Assembly (NCBI RefSeq): GCF_900167445.1
Contig: NZ_FUZT01000009.1
Span: 169,058 to 201,057 of the forward strand
Reading direction: 5' to 3'
DNA length: 32,000 bases
Source: Maledivibacter halophilus
GTDB taxonomy: Bacteria > Bacillota > Clostridia > Peptostreptococcales > Caminicellaceae
A program made the translations under genes and the position numbers. Each line of letters starts with the position of its first letter. The stretch's first letter is position 1. Below, piece after piece: positions 9,435 to 18,097 of this stretch. The notes below the pieces were generated by a model. The model worked only from the letters and a program-made list of their open reading frames with translations. It was not told the DNA's origin and searched no databases.

Positions 9435-10488
9435 AGCAATGTTTGACGATTTGGGGGTAGAAACGGTGATTCCACCGAGATGCAGTAAGAAGACATTAGA
9501 ACTAGGAACAAAATATGCTCCAGAGTTAATATGTTTGCCTCTTAAAATAAATTTGGGAAATTATTTAGAAAGTATTGAAAAGGGAGCAGATACAATAGTG
9601 ATAACAGGGGGCTGCGGTCCTTGTAGATTTGGTTATTACTCCGAAGTTCAAAGGGAGATATTAAAAGATTTAGGCCATGATGTTGATATAATTGTACTTG
9701 AAGCACCTCAGGGAGATAAAAAGGAATTTTTCCGTAGAGTTAGCAAAATTTCAAATACAAAAAATATTATTAAAATAACTAAAAGCTTAAAAAATGCAAT
9801 TGTAATATTAAAAAAGTTAAATAAGCTTGAGGAGATAGTTCTTAAAAATAGGCCATATGAGATTAATAAAAATGAAATTAACAATTTATATAGTGGTCTT
9901 ATTAAAAAATTAGAAAAGAGTACTGGCTCTAAGGAAATGACATATTATCTCAATAAAGCCTTGAAGGAAATAGATGAAATACCACTGGATAAAAATAGAG
10001 ATGTTTTAAAAGTTGGTATAGTTGGTGAGATATATACAGTAATAGAAGATTTTTCAAATTTGGACATCGGTAAAAAGTTAAATGAAATGGGTGTAGAAGT
10101 CCATAAATCCCTTAGCACTGGAGAATGGATTACTGAGATGTTGTTTTATAGAAGTTTAGGGCTATCAAATGAAAGGAAAATATGGAATGCAGCAGATCCC
10201 TATGTAAAAACCTGTATTGGGGGACATGCCAGAGAGACAGTTGGCAATACAGTATTGTACTCTCAAAAAGGATATGATGGAGTTATACAGCTAATGCCTT
10301 TTACTTGTATGCCAGAAATTGTTGCAATGAGCCTTATGCCAAGTATACAAGCTGAAAACAATATTCCCGTACTATCTCTAATTATAGATGAAATGACTGG
10401 AGAAGCAGGATATCTTACAAGACTTGAGGCATTTATTGATTTACTTAGGAATAGGAAAGAAAATCCAAAATATAACAGAGCTTTGTAA
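9388..10488 (+). CDS. Acyl-CoA dehydratase activase-related protein / 2-hydroxyacyl-CoA dehydratase-like component
   Basis: MKITFPHIGNTYIPIKAMFDDLGVETVIPPRCSKKTLELG...CLPLKINLGNYLESIEKGADTIVITGGCGPCRFGYY...; IDEMTGEAGYLTRLEAFIDLL. Overlaps the previous gene by 47 nt. Confidence 0.82.
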   Translation: MKITFPHIGNTYIPIKAMFDDLGVETVIPPRCSKKTLELGTKYAPELICLPLKINLGNYLESIEKGADTIVITGGCGPCRFGYYSEVQREILKDLGHDVDIIVLEAPQGDKKEFFRRVSKISNTKNIIKITKSLKNAIVILKKLNKLEEIVLKNRPYEINKNEINNLYSGLIKKLEKSTGSKEMTYYLNKALKEIDEIPLDKNRDVLKVGIVGEIYTVIEDFSNLDIGKKLNEMGVEVHKSLSTGEWITEMLFYRSLGLSNERKIWNAADPYVKTCIGGHARETVGNTVLYSQKGYDGVIQLMPFTCMPEIVAMSLMPSIQAENNIPVLSLIIDEMTGEAGYLTRLEAFIDLLRNRKENPKYNRAL

Positions 10489-10681
10489 ATATTTAATTTG
10501 TAAAGGTTTAATATGAGACTCTTATTTCAGTTTCATCTGATATATAAGAGAGTCTCATTTTTTATTTTCTTTTCTATGGAATTACCGTAATGATTATATT
10601 GTATTAGTATAAAAAGTATGGTAAAATGACATTTAAAAATGTATATCTATAAACTGAATTTAATTATAGTGAGGTGGGGTT

Positions 10682-11032
10682 TTGAAGATTCTTAGGCAAT
10701 TAGCTATTATATTAATCATTGCTTTTTCTGGAGAAGTGCTTAGCAAGATATTTCACTTGCCTTTACCGGGAAATGTTCTTGGAATAGTAATATTGTTATG
10801 TCTTCTTTCATTAAAAATTATTAAATTAGAAATGATAGAGGATATAAGTAAATTTTTGTTAGATCATTTGCAATTCTTTTTTATACCTGCTGGAGTTGGA
10901 TTAATTTCTAATCTGGAATTGCTTAAAAGCAAGGGTGTAGCTATTTTATTAATATGTGTAATTTCTACGATTGTTGTTATGACCGTTACGGGATTGACTA
11001 TTGAGTTTCTAAAAAGGAGTTTTAAAATATGA
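10682..11032 (+). CDS. lrgA: LrgA/CidA family holin-like membrane protein
   Basis: MKILRQLAIILIIAFSGEVLSKIFHLPLPGNVLGIVILL, typical LrgA N-terminus; followed by LrgB. Confidence 0.9.
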   Translation: MKILRQLAIILIIAFSGEVLSKIFHLPLPGNVLGIVILLCLLSLKIIKLEMIEDISKFLLDHLQFFFIPAGVGLISNLELLKSKGVAILLICVISTIVVMTVTGLTIEFLKRSFKI

Positions 11033-11721
11033 TTGATTTGTTACATACACCATTATTTGGAGTTATTATTTCAATAATAGCTCTTGAAATAGGATTATAT
11101 ATAAATAGAAAAACAAAAATTTCTCTATTAAATCCTTTATTAATTAGTATAGTTCTAATTATAGTAATTCTTATTAAGTTTGATATATCCTTAGAGGCAT
11201 ATAATGAAGGTGGAGGTCTAATATCCTTTTTTCTAGGTCCTGCCACGGTTATATTAGCGGTTCCCTTATATAAACAGTTTGAAATTTTTAAAGCTAATAT
11301 ACTTCCTATAATTGTTGGTATAACTGTAGGATGTCTTACTTCAGTAATTAGTGTGGTATTTTTATCAAAATTATTTGGTCTATCAGATGATATACTTAGA
11401 TCATTGATTCCTAAATCAATAACTAATCCTATAGGAATTGAATTATCAAAGCAAATAGGGGGGATACCTTCTATTACTGTAACAGCAATAATCATTACAG
11501 GAATATTCGGATCTATAATTGCACCTTATGTATTTAAAATATTTAGAATTAAAGACAAAGTTGCTATTGGCGTGTCTTTGGGTACCTCATCCCATGCATT
11601 GGGAACGACAAAGGCCATAGAGATGGGGGAAACAGAAGGGGCCATGAGTGGTCTTTCTATTGGTTTAGCGGGATTAGTAACGGTGATTTTAATTCCTTTA
11701 TTAATTAACCTGTTGTGCTAG
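11029..11721 (+). CDS. lrgB: LrgB/CidB family membrane protein
   Basis: LLHTPLFGVIISIIALEIGLYI...GVSLGTSSHALGTTKAIEMGETEGAMSGLSIGLAGLVTVI; overlaps lrgA stop by 4 nt. Confidence 0.92.
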   Translation: MIDLLHTPLFGVIISIIALEIGLYINRKTKISLLNPLLISIVLIIVILIKFDISLEAYNEGGGLISFFLGPATVILAVPLYKQFEIFKANILPIIVGITVGCLTSVISVVFLSKLFGLSDDILRSLIPKSITNPIGIELSKQIGGIPSITVTAIIITGIFGSIIAPYVFKIFRIKDKVAIGVSLGTSSHALGTTKAIEMGETEGAMSGLSIGLAGLVTVILIPLLINLLC

Positions 11722-11881
11722 TTTCCATATCAGGAGTTTTAATATTTCCTTTTAGTTCATGCTATAAACCTGTTTTTTCATATAGCTTTTAAGGAAGAAA
11801 CAGGTTCATAAAAATCACTCAAATGAAATATTAAAACTCCCTAAGTTATATTTTAAACAAAAATTTGATTTACTAGCACAA
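11713..11881. repeat. Larger copy of the same repeat family, 10-bp terminal inverted repeats
   Basis: TTGTGCTAGT (11713-11722) ... ACTAGCACAA (11872-11881), containing inverted copies of the GGAAATATTAAAACTCC core plus an inner AACCTGTTT/AAACAGGTT hairpin. Confidence 0.75.
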
Positions 11882-11946
11882 AGGGTTAATTGAGATAATT
11901 GTATAATTCTAATTTGGGACAATTGCATAATATATACAGTAGTTTT

Positions 11947-12168
11947 CTAAAGATTTTTATTATAATTCATTAATTCTTTTTCTCCCATTTCAACCAGCTT
12001 TTTAGTCATATGTCCACCTACATATCCTCCATAAAAAACATTTTTACCAGAATCAAGACCACTTTCATTAGTTAAAAGATTCTTAGTTATTCCCAATTCA
12101 TTAGCTATTTCATACTTCATTTCATTTAATGCCTTCATTGCGTTTGGATCTACAGGACCTTTAGCCAT
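11947..12168 (-). CDS. Alpha/beta-type small acid-soluble spore protein
   Basis: MKYEIANELGI and GGYVGGHMTKKLVEMGEK motifs of alpha/beta SASPs. Confidence 0.9.
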   Translation of the reverse strand: MAKGPVDPNAMKALNEMKYEIANELGITKNLLTNESGLDSGKNVFYGGYVGGHMTKKLVEMGEKELMNYNKNL

Positions 12169-12452
12169 TATATTTTCACCTCTCTTATCAATATTTCTTA
12201 TATATTATTTTTTTAGGATTTCCTTTTGTTCATACTAGGTAATAAAAGGTTATTAATGATATCATAATGAATATAAATTTTTCATTACTGCTATTTTAAT
12301 CTTTTGATATAGTGAAACTAATTCAAAGATAGATTTATAAATCTTAAAAAATTGCAGAAGCATCGATATTTTTAAAATCTATAAATTAAGTTTTGAGATT
12401 GTTTCACTATATTAAGTTGAAGGAAAAAAGTAAATGTGTTATAATAATTATA

Positions 12453-12476
12453 CAATATACAAAAGAATGTATATTG
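12453..12476. promoter_or_regulatory. Palindromic operator candidate upstream of yhfZ
   Basis: CAATATACA-AAAGAA-TGTATATTG, perfect 9-bp arms, 6-nt spacer, just before the RBS of yhfZ. Confidence 0.6.
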
Positions 12477-12494
12477 ATGAGAGGTTGAATATTT

Positions 12495-13433
12495 ATGAGT
12501 AATTATAAAAAGAAGCTGATGTCTAAAAATGGAAAAATAACAATGCAGCTTGCAAAGGAAATGCTAACTTTTCAAGTTGGAGATAGAATAAGTACGGTTG
12601 GTCAATATTCTAAAAGATTTGATACTGCTAGAGGAACTGTTCAATCTGCATTGAAGTTTCTTCAAGAAATTAAAGCAATAGGATTAGAATCTAGAGGGCA
12701 TTTAGGAACATATATTATTAAAATAAATTATAAAAAGCTTTGGGAAGTATCGGATTTTGGGGTTATAATGGGAGTAATGCCTTTGCCCTATTCAAAGAGG
12801 TATGAAGGCCTTGCAACTGGACTTTATAGTGCATTTGAAAAAGGTGGTATACCATTTAGCTTGGCATTTATGAGAGGTGCTGCAAAGAGAATAGAAGCAC
12901 TGACATCAGGAAGATATAATTTTGCTGTTATATCAAAATTAGCAGCCACATTAGAAATGAGAAAATCCTCTGATATAGAAATTGTTTATGAATTTGAAGA
13001 AGGTAGTTATGTTGGAAATCATGTTATTATTTTTAGAGATGACAAGGAAAGTAAAATATGTGATGGAATGAGGGTAGCATTAGATACAACATCTATAGAT
13101 CAAATTATATTAACTTCCTATGAGTGTGAAGGAAAGGATGTAGAATACATCGATACTCCTTATAATCAGATTTTACAAAAGCTAAAAAATGATGAAGTTG
13201 ATGCAGCAATTTGGAATGTGGATGAAATACAAGAAAAAAATCTTGAGTATAATATCTATCCTTTAACAAATCCTAAGACGAGGGAAATTGATAAAGAAGA
13301 CACCATTGCTACTATAGTTATAAGTAAGGGTAATCTAGAGTTTAGAGACATTTTTAAGAAATTTATTAAAATGAAAGAAGTAGAAGAAACACAAAAAAAG
13401 GTTATAGATAATCATATGATTCCTATATATTAA
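12495..13433 (+). CDS. yhfZ: YhfZ family transcriptional regulator (GntR-like wHTH + periplasmic-binding-like domain)
   Basis: wHTH RISTVGQYSKRFDTARGTVQSALKFL then PBP-like domain; heads a yhf-type operon. Confidence 0.85.
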   Translation: MSNYKKKLMSKNGKITMQLAKEMLTFQVGDRISTVGQYSKRFDTARGTVQSALKFLQEIKAIGLESRGHLGTYIIKINYKKLWEVSDFGVIMGVMPLPYSKRYEGLATGLYSAFEKGGIPFSLAFMRGAAKRIEALTSGRYNFAVISKLAATLEMRKSSDIEIVYEFEEGSYVGNHVIIFRDDKESKICDGMRVALDTTSIDQIILTSYECEGKDVEYIDTPYNQILQKLKNDEVDAAIWNVDEIQEKNLEYNIYPLTNPKTREIDKEDTIATIVISKGNLEFRDIFKKFIKMKEVEETQKKVIDNHMIPIY

Positions 13434-13447
13434 GTTTTTTTTAAAAT

Positions 13448-13471
13448 GAATATACAAAAAAATGTACATTG
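13448..13471. promoter_or_regulatory. Second palindromic operator candidate, upstream of yhfY
   Basis: GAATATACA-AAAAAA-TGTACATTG: same architecture and 6-nt spacing as 12453-12476. Confidence 0.5.
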
Positions 13472-13487
13472 AAAAGGAGAAAAGAAA

Positions 13488-13853
13488 ATGGATAAACCAT
13501 TAAAGGAAAGATTAGAGATTCTAAAGCAGGCAGGAGAAATAAGTGATGAAATAATGGGTGTTGTTATAGAATTTATAAAAAATTTTGAGAAAAAATATTC
13601 ATTAGAAATTAATGAAGAAAATGGATCTATGCTTATTACTCACCTTTCCATGGCCCTGGCAAGGATAAAAAGAGGAGAAGAAATTGATGGAATGGATGAA
13701 TCAGTTCTAAATGAAATAAAACAAAATCCAATTTATGGGGAACTTCCTGAGTTTTATGATGAGATTGAGAAAAAATTACAAATTAAGATACCAGATTCTG
13801 AGAGAGGATTTATAGCAGCCCATGGATCTATATTAATAGATAAATGCAAATAA
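13488..13853 (+). CDS. yhfY: YhfY-like PRD-domain protein
   Basis: NGSMLITHLSMALARIKRGEEIDGMDESVLNEIKQNPIYGELPEFYDEIEKKL; PRD-like, position next to yhfZ. Confidence 0.78.
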   Translation: MDKPLKERLEILKQAGEISDEIMGVVIEFIKNFEKKYSLEINEENGSMLITHLSMALARIKRGEEIDGMDESVLNEIKQNPIYGELPEFYDEIEKKLQIKIPDSERGFIAAHGSILIDKCK

Positions 13854-14020
13854 TCTACAGGTGTTAGTATAGATCAAAATTTGATAATAAAAAAGCCACA
13901 TATGTTTTTTCATAGAGATTATGTTTTTTATAAATTTATAATACTTTAGAGTTAAACATCTATTGGTAGTTATGTAGCATTTAAAAATAAACTAAAATAG
14001 TCAAGGAAAGAGGTGAGTAT

Positions 14021-14383
14021 ATGATTAAGATTGTAGTTGGTGGAGCAATTGATAAACAAAATATTGCTAAGATTATAGAAGGAATAGGAGGGAAAGATGT
14101 AAAGGTTGAAATAAAATCAGATATAGAAGCTGCAATGGCAGTTAAAACTGGTACTGCTGATTATTACTTTGGGGCATGTAATACAGGTGGTGGCGGAGCT
14201 CTTGCAATGGCAATAGCTTTGTTAGGAGCAGGTAAATGTGCTACCCTATCGATGCCTGGTAAAGCACCAGAGGAAGAGAAAGTTATTGAAGCAATAAATA
14301 AAGGTAAAGTTGCATTTGGATTTACAAATGAACATATTAATCAAGCAGTACCTATGATTTTAAAGCTTATAATAAATAAATAA
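14021..14383 (+). CDS. yhfU: YhfU family (DUF2620)
   Basis: MIKIVVGGAIDKQNIAKIIEG...TGTADYYFGACNTGGGGALAMAIALLG. Confidence 0.85.
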   Translation: MIKIVVGGAIDKQNIAKIIEGIGGKDVKVEIKSDIEAAMAVKTGTADYYFGACNTGGGGALAMAIALLGAGKCATLSMPGKAPEEEKVIEAINKGKVAFGFTNEHINQAVPMILKLIINK

Positions 14384-14397
14384 AGAGAGGGATTGTC

Positions 14398-15681
14398 ATG
14401 AGGTATATTCTAATTTTTTTAACAGGAGCAGTGGCTTCAATGTTAGCAAATAGAGGAATAGCAATATTTAATGATGCGGTTAGGCCTATTATTCCCGAAT
14501 TCAAAGAAGGTAGAATGAAAAGATCAGAATTAGCAGCTACAACATTTGCTTTAAGTATTGGGTTGGTTATTGGATTTGGTATTCCTTTTTCTATAATGTC
14601 CCCAATTATTTTGATTCATTCATTATTTTTAGGCACAGATATAATTGGAACATTTTTTCATGGAGAACCAAGCAATAATTGGCTAAAGGATAAGAAAAGT
14701 GTAAGGGGATTCATATTATCAGGACTTGCCGGTGGAGTTTATGGACTTCTATTACTCATAGGATTAAAGTGGTTTGTTGATGGAATTCAAAAATTACCGG
14801 TAAATGTGTTTGATGCTTTAGGTGGACTAGGAGATCCAGTTATATTTGCATTTGCTGCCTTTCCTCCCTTGGCAATAGCATTTGAATATGGCTATAAAAA
14901 GGGGATATTTTCTTTGGGGATTGTTTTACTAATAAGACAGATTATTGAAAGGTTAGGATATGGAAGTCCTGATGGATGGGCATTATTAGCAGGATTTATA
15001 ATTCTTATGTTATTTGCTATAAAAGAAAAGAATGAAAGTAACGTAGATACTGCATCCTTATTTGTTGATAGGGTTAAAAATATAAGAAAGAATATGGTAT
15101 GGATTGCTATTATGGGTGCTTTATATGGTATGTCCTGTAATATAAATCTATTGATGGAAGGACCACAATCTTTATTAGCTTTAAAAGAAGGGTTAAAATC
15201 TGATGCTGTAAACTTTAGCTTAGCGAGAGCATTATCCTTCATACCATTAAAAGGGACAACTTCTTTGGCAACTGGGACATTTGTTACTGATGGTTTTGGA
15301 TTTGTTGCTACAGTTGGTATATTAGCACCTAATATTATAATAGCTGGTATCTTAGGTGCTGCAGTAATTTCTTTGGAGGCATCTAGTTTATTGGTATTTG
15401 CAAGATTTTTTGATAGATTTCCTGGAATCAGAAAAGCGGCAGATAATATAAGGAGTGCAATGTCCAAATTATTAGAGGTGGCTTTAATTGTGGGATCAAT
15501 GCTGGCTGCTAATAATATTGCACCAGGGGTTGGATATTTTGTTGTGGCAGGATTGTACTTGCTTAATGAAACTGCAAAACGACCATTGGTTAAGATGGCA
15601 GTTGGACCTATTGCAGCTATTCTTGTTGGAATCATAGTTAATATTTTAGCGTTAATAGGATTATATATGCCAGCAGCTTAA
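14398..15681 (+). CDS. yhfT: YhfT family polytopic membrane protein
   Basis: ~12 hydrophobic segments; FGIPFSIMSPIILIHSLFLGTDIIG; operon position. Confidence 0.85.
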   Translation: MRYILIFLTGAVASMLANRGIAIFNDAVRPIIPEFKEGRMKRSELAATTFALSIGLVIGFGIPFSIMSPIILIHSLFLGTDIIGTFFHGEPSNNWLKDKKSVRGFILSGLAGGVYGLLLLIGLKWFVDGIQKLPVNVFDALGGLGDPVIFAFAAFPPLAIAFEYGYKKGIFSLGIVLLIRQIIERLGYGSPDGWALLAGFIILMLFAIKEKNESNVDTASLFVDRVKNIRKNMVWIAIMGALYGMSCNINLLMEGPQSLLALKEGLKSDAVNFSLARALSFIPLKGTTSLATGTFVTDGFGFVATVGILAPNIIIAGILGAAVISLEASSLLVFARFFDRFPGIRKAADNIRSAMSKLLEVALIVGSMLAANNIAPGVGYFVVAGLYLLNETAKRPLVKMAVGPIAAILVGIIVNILALIGLYMPAA

Positions 15682-15723
15682 TTTATCTAATCAAATTATT
15701 AGAATAGTAGAAAATATACTTAG

Positions 15724-15761
15724 CTACAAAACCATGGAACTGCTAGTCCGTGGTTTTGTAG
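15724..15761 (+). other. Strong RNA hairpin between yhfT and yhfS, no U-tract
   Basis: CTACAAAACCA-tGGA-actgctag-TCCg-TGGTTTTGTAG; 11-bp perfect outer arms. Confidence 0.6.
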
Positions 15762-15802
15762 TTGAGAATAGTATATAAAGAAACTTTTAAGGAGAATTAA
15801 TT

Positions 15803-16897
15803 ATGAAAACATATCCAATAAAAGCAATAGATTTTGAGAAAGCAAAAAAAATGCAATTTAAATTAGTAGACATTATCCATCAAAATTTTGATGGATATGA
15901 ATTTCTTCAAGATGGAGATTATGGAGTTGTACCAGGAGTTGGGCAGCCAAGATATACCCAAAAAGTAGAAAGAGTTTTAGCACAGTTTTTTGGAGCAGAG
16001 GAGGCTGTATTAGTTAGAGGATCTGGAACAGGTGCTATTAGAAATGTAATGAATGGAGTATTAAAGCCCAATGGGAAAATATTACTTCATAAAGCTCCCA
16101 TTTATCCTACAACTAAAATTATTGTGGAATCAATGGGACTTGAACCCCAATATATAGATTTTAATAAAATTTGTGATATAAAAATTGAAGATCTTTCTCA
16201 TATATCCTTTGTACTTATTCAACATTCAAGACAGAAGCTGGAGGATAGATATGACTTAAATGAAGTTATTAATAAACTAAAGAGTGTAAATAATGATATG
16301 ACCATATTGGTTGATGACAATTATGTAGTTATGAAGGCAGAAAAAATAGGAGTACAGCTTGGAGCAGATGTAAGTGCTTTTTCACTTTTTAAGCTTTTAG
16401 GGCCTGAAGGGCTAGGGTGTGTTGCTGGCAAAGGAAGCATAATAGATAAAATAAGACAAATGAATTATTCAGGAGGGAGCCAGGTTCAGGGACATGAGGC
16501 GATGAATGCTTTAAGGTCATTAGTATATGCTCCAGTATCCTTAGCAATACAAGCTGAAGAAGGAAATAAAATAGTCTATAGATTAAACTCAGGAGAAGTA
16601 AGGGGAATAAAATCTTCATTTATTGCAAATGCACAATCAAGAGTTGTTTTAGTAGAATTTGAAAAACCAATAGCTAAAGATGTGCTTAAATATAGCTCTA
16701 AGTTAGGGGCGGCTCCTTATCCAATAGGTGCTGAATCAAAATATGAAGTAACGGCTATGTTCTATAGAGTATCTGGAACTTTTCTCAAATCAAATCCTAA
16801 ATTAGAGGATTATATGATACGTATTAATCCAATGAGGGCAGGTGCAGATACTGTTATTCGAGTATTAAAGGAAGCAATTGATAAGGCATTAGAATAG
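15803..16897 (+). CDS. yhfS: YhfS family PLP-dependent aminotransferase-like enzyme
   Basis: VRGSGTGAIRNVMNGVL, LVDDNYVVMKAEKIGVQLGADVSAFSLFKLLGPEGLGCVAG. Confidence 0.87.
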   Translation: MKTYPIKAIDFEKAKKMQFKLVDIIHQNFDGYEFLQDGDYGVVPGVGQPRYTQKVERVLAQFFGAEEAVLVRGSGTGAIRNVMNGVLKPNGKILLHKAPIYPTTKIIVESMGLEPQYIDFNKICDIKIEDLSHISFVLIQHSRQKLEDRYDLNEVINKLKSVNNDMTILVDDNYVVMKAEKIGVQLGADVSAFSLFKLLGPEGLGCVAGKGSIIDKIRQMNYSGGSQVQGHEAMNALRSLVYAPVSLAIQAEEGNKIVYRLNSGEVRGIKSSFIANAQSRVVLVEFEKPIAKDVLKYSSKLGAAPYPIGAESKYEVTAMFYRVSGTFLKSNPKLEDYMIRINPMRAGADTVIRVLKEAIDKALE

Positions 16898-16908
16898 GGG
16901 GAAACTCA

Positions 16909-18084
16909 ATGTTTTTAGATATGACATTAAAAAGAAATCCAAAGTTAATAAAATATGCTGTTGAATTCCATAGAAAAGCTGAAATTAGACCTAATTCATA
17001 TATTCTAGATATGGATACGATAAAGAGTAATACAGGAAAATTAGTAAAAAGTGCAAAAAAATATGGCATAGAGCTCTATATGATGACAAAGCAAATAGGA
17101 AGAAATCCTCAGATAGCAAGTATTATTGCTGAGGCTGGAATAGAAAAGGCTGTGGCAGTAGATCCATGGGAAGCATTGGCTCTTGGAAGAGCAGGAATAA
17201 AGCTTGGCAATGTAGGTCATTTAGTTCAAATTCCCTTTGGAATGATAAAGGAAATTTTAACCTACAAGCCTGAAGTAATTACAGTATTTACTTTGGAAAA
17301 GGCAGAGGAAATTTCTAAATTAGCCCTAGAGATGGGAAAAAAGCAGGATATTCTTTTAAGAGTTACAGGAACTAAAGATACGGTTTATGAAGGGCAAGTA
17401 GGTGGATTTAAAGAAGAGGAGCTTATACAAAAAGCTGAGGCAATAGAAAAACTAAAGGGAGTAAATATAGTAGGAGTAACTGCTTTTCCATGTTTTTTAT
17501 ATGATTCATATGAAGGGAAGATCCATGAAACAGAAAATGCATATACAGTGGTTAGATGTGCTGAGAAGCTAAAGAGTAAATTGAATATTGATGTTAAACA
17601 GATTAATATGCCGAGTGCAAATGCAATAGCTTCTCTACCTTTAATGAAAGAATTGGGAGCTACCCACGGGGAGCCTGGGCATGCTATAACTGGTACTACT
17701 CCATTACATGGAATTAAAGAACTAGATGAAATTCCTAGTATCGTATATGTTAGTGAGATATCCCATTGCTTTGAAAATAAGGCATATGTATATGGTGGTG
17801 GACATTATAGAAGATCTAATGTAGATAAGGCTATGGTAGGTAGGGATTTTGAGACTATGAAAAATAATGTTTTAAAAGCCCAAGATATATCTCCTGAAGC
17901 TATTGATTATTATGGGACTTTAATAATTGATAATAAGAAGGCCTTAGTAGGAGATACAGCAATTTATTCATTTCGCACCCAAATTTTTGTAACAAGAAGT
18001 GAAGTTGTTCTAGTTGAAGGAATACAAAAAGATATGCCTAAAATAATAGGAATATATGACAGCTTGGGAAAGAAGCTTAGATAA
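16909..18084 (+). CDS. yhfX: YhfX family PLP enzyme (alanine racemase-like fold)
   Basis: MFLDMTLKRNPKLIKYAVEFHRKAEIRPNSYILDMDTIKSNTGKLVKSAKKYGIELYMMTKQIGRNP; adjacent to yhfS. Confidence 0.88.
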   Translation: MFLDMTLKRNPKLIKYAVEFHRKAEIRPNSYILDMDTIKSNTGKLVKSAKKYGIELYMMTKQIGRNPQIASIIAEAGIEKAVAVDPWEALALGRAGIKLGNVGHLVQIPFGMIKEILTYKPEVITVFTLEKAEEISKLALEMGKKQDILLRVTGTKDTVYEGQVGGFKEEELIQKAEAIEKLKGVNIVGVTAFPCFLYDSYEGKIHETENAYTVVRCAEKLKSKLNIDVKQINMPSANAIASLPLMKELGATHGEPGHAITGTTPLHGIKELDEIPSIVYVSEISHCFENKAYVYGGGHYRRSNVDKAMVGRDFETMKNNVLKAQDISPEAIDYYGTLIIDNKKALVGDTAIYSFRTQIFVTRSEVVLVEGIQKDMPKIIGIYDSLGKKLR

Positions 18085-18097
18085 AGGTCGTGGTAAT

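Noticed and set aside
11022-11495. Minus-strand ORF over lrgB
   Set aside because: Antisense shadow of lrgB.
14892-15635. 247-aa minus-strand ORF inside yhfT
   Set aside because: Long, but a mirror of a hydrophobic membrane gene; Pro/Thr/Ser-rich composition typical of antisense frames.
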